64,000 nucleotides of DNA. Origin: Hyphococcus sp. (GTDB taxonomy: Bacteria; Pseudomonadota; Alphaproteobacteria; Caulobacterales; Parvularculaceae). Location of the stretch: contig NZ_OZ245810.1 in assembly GCF_965228385.1 (NCBI RefSeq), positions 1,075,565-1,139,564 of the forward strand, read 5' to 3'. The notes under the pieces are model-generated. The model had not been told where the DNA came from. It saw only the letters and a program-made list of their open reading frames with translations, and did not search any database. Positions 58,837-64,000 of this stretch are shown here, in pieces. A program made the position numbers and the translations under genes. Position 1 is the stretch's first letter. The number at the start of each line of letters is the position of its first letter.

Positions 58837-59943
58837 TTATTGCTGCGTCGCCGCCGGGCCGCGCAGCAATATTTCCAGCATTGGACAGACCATCACGTGT
58901 CCGTCAAACACGGCGCCCACAATCAGCGTGTTCGCCCAGACGGCGCCCACCGACGACGCGTTGATTTCGCCGTTGACGGAGATCAAAACGTCCGACGCGA
59001 GCCCGTTGCGCGGATTGAGGCGAATAACATGCGACGGCGCCTTTGCATTTTCATCCTTGGCGTGTTCGAGAAATTCAAAAATCCTTGAATGGCCCGCCAC
59101 CCACAATGCGCCGTCCCGCGAGACCTCTATGTTGTCCGGCGCCGTATTTATTTTCAACGCCTTCACGCGCGAGAGTTCTCCGGTCTCAATATCGCGGTCG
59201 AAAACCAGAATACGGCGTTTTAACAGCTCGGCGACATATATTGTTTTTCCGTCAGCCGACTGATTAATACCGTTTGCGTAAGCGATGCCGCCTTTGGCGA
59301 TCCGGCCGTTTTCACCGTCGTAATAGGCGACGTTCGACAGCGGCAACGCCAGATAGGCTTCCATTGCAGCGAGAAACCCGCGGTCAAATTTCTGATCGTT
59401 GGTGACGTAAAACTGCCTTGGCCCGACGGCGACCAGATCGTTGGGCGATTTCATTTGCGGAAAGGAAATCGTTTCCAGATGCGTCAGCGCGCCGTCCGCC
59501 GCGATATCGAAAAGTTCGACCAGCTCCTCGCCCGTCGGCGGATGTGAAATCACAAAGAGGCGTTTTTCGCCGTTTGGTCCGCGCCAGAGACTGACGCCGT
59601 GCGGCAGGAAATTCTCCATCGGCGGCGACACTTTGCGCACGTCCGATCCGTCCATCGACATGGCGTAAATGCCGTTCCTCGGGTTAACCGATTGCTCTGC
59701 GTCCTTGGCGTACCAGCCGCGCCGGTCGGCGGCGGATATGAACGCAAGACCCAGATCCGGGTCGATCGTGACGTCTTCAGCGCCCGGCGCAACATCGACC
59801 CTCGCACACTGATTAACGAGCTTGTTGGAAAGTTCTACGCCCGCGCCGGAAGCGGGAATCGCATGCAGCAGCGACCATGCCGCCGCCGCCGCGATAATCG
59901 CAGCCGCCCCGCCTAACAGATACTGCATACGTATTCTCACCAC
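58837..59943 (-). CDS. Arylesterase/paraoxonase-like beta-propeller (SMP-30 family)
   Basis: GAEDV, PHGVS, PNDLVAVG, YANGI and PDNI motifs. Confidence 0.85.
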   Translation of the reverse strand: MVRIRMQYLLGGAAAIIAAAAAWSLLHAIPASGAGVELSNKLVNQCARVDVAPGAEDVTIDPDLGLAFISAADRRGWYAKDAEQSVNPRNGIYAMSMDGSDVRKVSPPMENFLPHGVSLWRGPNGEKRLFVISHPPTGEELVELFDIAADGALTHLETISFPQMKSPNDLVAVGPRQFYVTNDQKFDRGFLAAMEAYLALPLSNVAYYDGENGRIAKGGIAYANGINQSADGKTIYVAELLKRRILVFDRDIETGELSRVKALKINTAPDNIEVSRDGALWVAGHSRIFEFLEHAKDENAKAPSHVIRLNPRNGLASDVLISVNGEINASSVGAVWANTLIVGAVFDGHVMVCPMLEILLRGPAATQQ

Positions 59944-60072
59944 ACCGGCGCTTCCTCGGCCGAACTCGCCGCAGAAAACTTTACATCACTCGGGAAAAAT
60001 CCGCTACCCGTGTGGAATTCAACGATTTTTCCGCCATCATGGAAATATTGAGCCTGAATTTGGAGCGAAATT

Positions 60073-61035
60073 ATGACCAGACCCGTCATCGCAACGCCGC
60101 GCCGCCTGCCGGAAGCGCTTTCCGGCATGTTTCGCATGAAGTTCGATGTCCGCGAGCCTGATGCGCCGGTCGCGGACCCGGCGGCTTTCGCAGAACTGGC
60201 CGGGGATGCGCAGGCGGTCATCGCCACGGCGTTTGACGACATGGACGCTGCGTTTTTCGAACGTCTGCCGGCGGGCGTAAAGTTGATCGCGTCCATCGGG
60301 GTTGGCGTCGATCACATCGATCTGGCGGCCGCGAAAGCGCGCAATGTCGCCGTCTCCAACACGCCCGAAGTCACAACCCCCTGTCTCGCCGACACGACCA
60401 TGGGGCTGATTATTGCGGCTTGCAGACGTTTCCGGGAAGGGCTTGATATAGCGCGCACCGGCGAGGGGCGCGGCATGCTCACCCCCGAAAGCTGGGGCCA
60501 GCGTGTGACGGGCAGAACGCTTGGCGTGGTCGGGATGGGAAATGTCGGCCGTGAAGTTGCGAAACGCGCGCGCGCATTCGACATGAACATCATCTATACG
60601 ACGCCCCGGCCGTCGGCGGATATCGACAAGACTTTCAACGCCCGCGCCATATCCCTTGATGAACTCCTGCGCGAGGCGGACGTCATCACATTGCATTGTC
60701 CGTTAAAGGAAGAAACGCACCGGCTGATCGACGCCAAAGCCATCGCGAAAATGAAACCGGGCGCGGTCATCATCAATATTTCCCGCGGGCCTGTAATTGA
60801 TGAGACGGCGCTGATCGTGGCGCTGAAAGAAAACCGGATATTTGCAGCCGGCCTTGATGTCTATGACACTGAGCCGGGTCCAATCCGCGAAGCCTTGCGC
60901 GCCTTGCCGAATGTTTATTGCCTGCCGCACATTGCGTCTGCGACCACCGAAAGTCGTTCCGCCATGGCGGTGCGCGTCCTCGCCAATCTTGACGCGTTTT
61001 TCGACACCGGCGCGCCGCTCGACCGGGTTGTGTAG
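60073..61035 (+). CDS. D-2-hydroxyacid dehydrogenase (glyoxylate reductase-like)
   Basis: GVGVDHID, GMGNVG, LHCPL, INISRG, GLDVY and LPHIAS motifs. Confidence 0.9.
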   Translation: MTRPVIATPRRLPEALSGMFRMKFDVREPDAPVADPAAFAELAGDAQAVIATAFDDMDAAFFERLPAGVKLIASIGVGVDHIDLAAAKARNVAVSNTPEVTTPCLADTTMGLIIAACRRFREGLDIARTGEGRGMLTPESWGQRVTGRTLGVVGMGNVGREVAKRARAFDMNIIYTTPRPSADIDKTFNARAISLDELLREADVITLHCPLKEETHRLIDAKAIAKMKPGAVIINISRGPVIDETALIVALKENRIFAAGLDVYDTEPGPIREALRALPNVYCLPHIASATTESRSAMAVRVLANLDAFFDTGAPLDRVV

Positions 61036-61040
61036 TCTTC

Positions 61041-61892
61041 ATGACGGTTTCGAGCGTGTTGATCTTCGGCGCAGGCGGCGCGGTTGGACTTGAAGCGGCG
61101 CGCAATGCGGCGGCGCGCGGGCTATCGGTTGTCGCCGCCTATCGCACAGAGCGCAGCGGCGTCTCTGAAAAAATTCAAAATTGCGGGGCGCGCGCGGTTA
61201 AAGCGGATCTTGAAGACACGGATCATATAAAAACGCTGCTGGCGCAGTCAGACGCCGTCATCTTTACGCCGATATTATCGGTCTCGGCGCAGGCCGCGCC
61301 GCTGCTCGGAAGAACCCAGCGCGCGATATTTTTCTCCAGCAACAATGTGGCCATCGATCCGCAAGCGGATGATTACGCGAGAATTCTCGAAGCGGAGGCG
61401 ATGGTGCAGCGCGCCGCGCCCGCGGCGGCGATCCTGCGGCCCACCATGATTTACGGCTATCCGGGCGACGGAAATATATCGCGATTAATGACGCTGATGC
61501 GGCGCGCGCCGCTGGTTCCCATGATCGGGCGCGCCAGCGCATTGCAGCAGCCGGTTTATTTCAAGGATCTGGCCCGTGCAGCGCTTGATGAACTGTTCAA
61601 TGACGCGAAGCCGGCGGGCGTCTGCGCGGTGGCTGGGCCGACAGCCATAACAAAAAAAGAACTCTACCAGGCTGTTGCAGCCGCCTCGGGCGCCAGAACC
61701 CATATCTTGCCCGCGCCTGTGGGGCCGGCGGCGGCCATGGCGCAATTCCTCGAGAGGGCCGGCCAGAAAACAGGGTTGAAAAGGGCGCAATTACAACGCG
61801 CAGATCTGGACAAGACGCCGAGAGGCGGGCGCCTCATTCTTGGCGAAACCCGCCTGGAAGACGGATTGCGGGCGCTCGCCGCCGAACTCTGA
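61041..61892 (+). CDS. NAD(P)-binding atypical SDR/epimerase-like protein
   Basis: IFGAGGAVG, LRPTMIYG and QPVYFKDLA motifs. Confidence 0.8.
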   Translation: MTVSSVLIFGAGGAVGLEAARNAAARGLSVVAAYRTERSGVSEKIQNCGARAVKADLEDTDHIKTLLAQSDAVIFTPILSVSAQAAPLLGRTQRAIFFSSNNVAIDPQADDYARILEAEAMVQRAAPAAAILRPTMIYGYPGDGNISRLMTLMRRAPLVPMIGRASALQQPVYFKDLARAALDELFNDAKPAGVCAVAGPTAITKKELYQAVAAASGARTHILPAPVGPAAAMAQFLERAGQKTGLKRAQLQRADLDKTPRGGRLILGETRLEDGLRALAAEL

Positions 61893-61915
61893 CCCATACC
61901 GCCGGCGCAACCGGC

Positions 61916-61945
61916 CTTGACGATGCGCCGGGCGGCGCCTAGCTA
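61916..61945 (+). promoter_or_regulatory. Possible RpoH-type promoter for grxD
   Basis: CTTGAC-N16-CCTAGCTA, about 30 nt upstream of the ATG. Confidence 0.35.
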
Positions 61946-61973
61946 ACGGTGATCTGTCAGGAGTTTTAATATT

Positions 61974-62306
61974 ATGACCGACGCCGCACATGCCGATATC
62001 AAGTCGAAAATCGACGCCAACCCGGTAATGGTTTTCATGAAAGGCACGCCGCAATTTCCGCAGTGCGGATTTTCCTCGGTCGTCGTCCAGATTCTCGACC
62101 ATCTCGGCGTGGATTATGGTTCCGCGAATGTGCTTGAATCCGACGACTTGCGTCAGGGCGTCAAAACCTTTTCTGACTGGCCGACAATTCCCCAGCTTTA
62201 TGTGAAGGGCGAATTTGTGGGCGGCTGCGATATTGTCCGCGAAATGTTCGAGCAGGGTGAATTGCGCGGATTCCTGCAGGAAAAAGGCGTTCCGGTCGCA
62301 GCCTGA
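61974..62306 (+). CDS. grxD: Monothiol glutaredoxin (CGFS)
   Basis: [22 protein letters not shown] and GGCDI motifs. Confidence 0.96.
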   Translation: MTDAAHADIKSKIDANPVMVFMKGTPQFPQCGFSSVVVQILDHLGVDYGSANVLESDDLRQGVKTFSDWPTIPQLYVKGEFVGGCDIVREMFEQGELRGFLQEKGVPVAA

Positions 62307-62461
62307 CGCGGTTTAAAAAAGATCTTCGCAATATTTGCGGACGCCTCCTCGCCAGGGAGCGCGCAGGCGAATTTGCGCATTGCGCCAGCGCTTTTGCATT
62401 TGACCCAATAATGCTAGACATTCCGCTTTCGAGATGAAATTTACGGCGAGGCGGGCGCATC

Positions 62462-63775
62462 ATGAAAGCACGATCCTTTTTGACCGTCATTATCCTGACG
62501 GCGTTTGCCGGCGCGTGTTCCGGCGGCGGTGATTCGGAAGCGGAATACGCTGATCGCGACGGCGACGCAGCCGCTTACCAGACCGGCGCGGAGCAGAACG
62601 AACCCTATGCGCAATCACAGCAGGGCATGGCGCAACAAGGTATGTCGCAACAAGGTATGGGGCAGTCCGCGCCGGCGCAGCGTTCGATGGCCTCTCAGCA
62701 AATGTCCTCGTCGGGAACAGGCACGGGAACAATCGCGGCGGCAAAAGATCTGCCGCCGGGCGCGTACCGCCTGAAGCGGGTTGAGATTATCGACCGGCAA
62801 GGCTTTGAAAAACCCATGACGGCGATGACGATGATGGTCCCGGTCGACTGGACGGGACAGGGCGGCGTTGTCTGGGGCGCGAATTCGGGTTGCGGCGCCG
62901 GTTCGGGTTATACGACGGACTACACTGTCAGCTCTCCGGACGGGCGTTCGAGGGCGCATCTTTTCCCGTCATATAACTGGGTCTGGAACAGTTTTTCCGG
63001 CGGCGCCGGACAGGGCAATTGTCCGTTTCTGCAAATCCGAACCGTCGAGCAATATCTGAATTATCTCGTTTCGCAGACGCGTCAGGGCGCGCGCATCCTT
63101 GATTATCGCCCGCGCGCGGATATCGCGGAGGGTTATAAATTCATGAATTCCCGCTCGCCGATGGCGGGCGGTGAAATGCGCAGCTGGGTCGAGGCGGGCG
63201 AAGTCCTGATCGGCTATAATCAAAACGGCGCCGAATTAAGAGAAAGCCTCGCCGCGGTGGTCTATTTCAACCAGACGCTGACGCAGCCCTCCATGGGGAT
63301 GGCGGGTTCTGAAATTATCGCCGGATCGGCCATGCCCGGTTTCGCCATGCGCGCGCCCGACGGCGCCCTTGATTTCAACTTCGCCGAGCTGGTGCGCAAA
63401 TCCATTAAACCATCGCCTGAATGGTCGCAGCGCATCGCAAGGCATAATTCAAAGATCGCCCAGACCAATCTTCAGGGCGCGCGCGACCGGTCAAAGATCA
63501 TCGCGCAGACAGGCGAGGAAATTCGCCAGATTCAGTCGGACACATGGCGCACCCAGAGCGAGAGTTTCGACCGCACGTCCAGAGAAACGTCTGAAGCGAT
63601 CCGCGGCGTCGAAACCTTTAATGACCCTTATTACGGCGGCACCGTTGAACTCGATCATAGCTACGACAATGCGTGGCAACTGAATGACGGGACCTATGTC
63701 CTCACCGACGATACGATGTTTGAGCCATACCGCGATCTCGGCGTTGACGGGCAGCGGCTAGAGCCTTCGCAATAA
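62462..63775 (+). CDS. Hypothetical lipoprotein with QQGM repeats
   Basis: Lipobox FAGAC, low-complexity linker, globular domain, coiled-coil C-terminus. Confidence 0.8.
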   Translation: MKARSFLTVIILTAFAGACSGGGDSEAEYADRDGDAAAYQTGAEQNEPYAQSQQGMAQQGMSQQGMGQSAPAQRSMASQQMSSSGTGTGTIAAAKDLPPGAYRLKRVEIIDRQGFEKPMTAMTMMVPVDWTGQGGVVWGANSGCGAGSGYTTDYTVSSPDGRSRAHLFPSYNWVWNSFSGGAGQGNCPFLQIRTVEQYLNYLVSQTRQGARILDYRPRADIAEGYKFMNSRSPMAGGEMRSWVEAGEVLIGYNQNGAELRESLAAVVYFNQTLTQPSMGMAGSEIIAGSAMPGFAMRAPDGALDFNFAELVRKSIKPSPEWSQRIARHNSKIAQTNLQGARDRSKIIAQTGEEIRQIQSDTWRTQSESFDRTSRETSEAIRGVETFNDPYYGGTVELDHSYDNAWQLNDGTYVLTDDTMFEPYRDLGVDGQRLEPSQ

Positions 63776-63785
63776 GGGGAATTCA

Positions 63786-64000
63786 ATGAAGCGTTTCGCA
63801 TATCTGTCGGCCATGTTGTGTCTATGGCCCGGCGCCGCCCTGTCGCAGGACAGTTTTGGCGGCTCCCAGTCGTCCCGCCCACAGCAACAGCAGGAACAGC
63901 AACAACAGCAGCAGCAACAATCTCAGAGCCGCGAACAGATGGACCGTCAGTCTGTCCCGCAACAACAGCCGCAGCAGCGTCCTTCGAACGCCGATCCGCA
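63786..64000 (+). CDS. Secreted poly-Gln protein, runs off the window edge
   Basis: My translation: MKRFAYLSAMLCLWPGAALSQDSFGGSQSSRPQQQQEQQQQQQQQSQ...; GGGA RBS. Not in the ORF track. Confidence 0.75.
   Translation, partial: MKRFAYLSAMLCLWPGAALSQDSFGGSQSSRPQQQQEQQQQQQQQSQSREQMDRQSVPQQQPQQRPSNADP

Overview
A 64-kb piece of an alphaproteobacterial chromosome. Gene content (an ShpA-like Hpt gene, a CtrA box, a small SOS-type ORF before dnaE, TadG/E pseudopilins) suggests a Caulobacterales/Parvularculales-like marine organism; this is inference. The core genes are bdhA, dnaE, galU, recG, gabT, korAB, fsa/tal, zntB, ettA, purL, bolA and grxD, interleaved with many single accessory genes. Main observations: (1) a 1,779-bp IS1595-family element (5310-7088) with an 8-bp target duplication and passenger ORFs, inserted right beside two LexA boxes; (2) those boxes precede an unannotated 31-aa membrane peptide upstream of dnaE, a positional SidA analogue; (3) purL carries a ~90-aa internal insertion and reads through in frame into bolA, with CAG where a TAG stop would be expected; (4) downstream of bolA, two single cargo genes each sit between an intact core gene and a diverged duplicate of that gene's 3' coding end (bolA and an NSS transporter), which looks like a repeated gene-capture signature; (5) tandem diverged threonine-synthase-like paralogues; (6) a probable 6S-like RNA outside its usual context; (7) several low-complexity secreted proteins. 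No rRNA, tRNA or CRISPR array was seen. All family assignments come from recognising motifs by eye; no database search was run.
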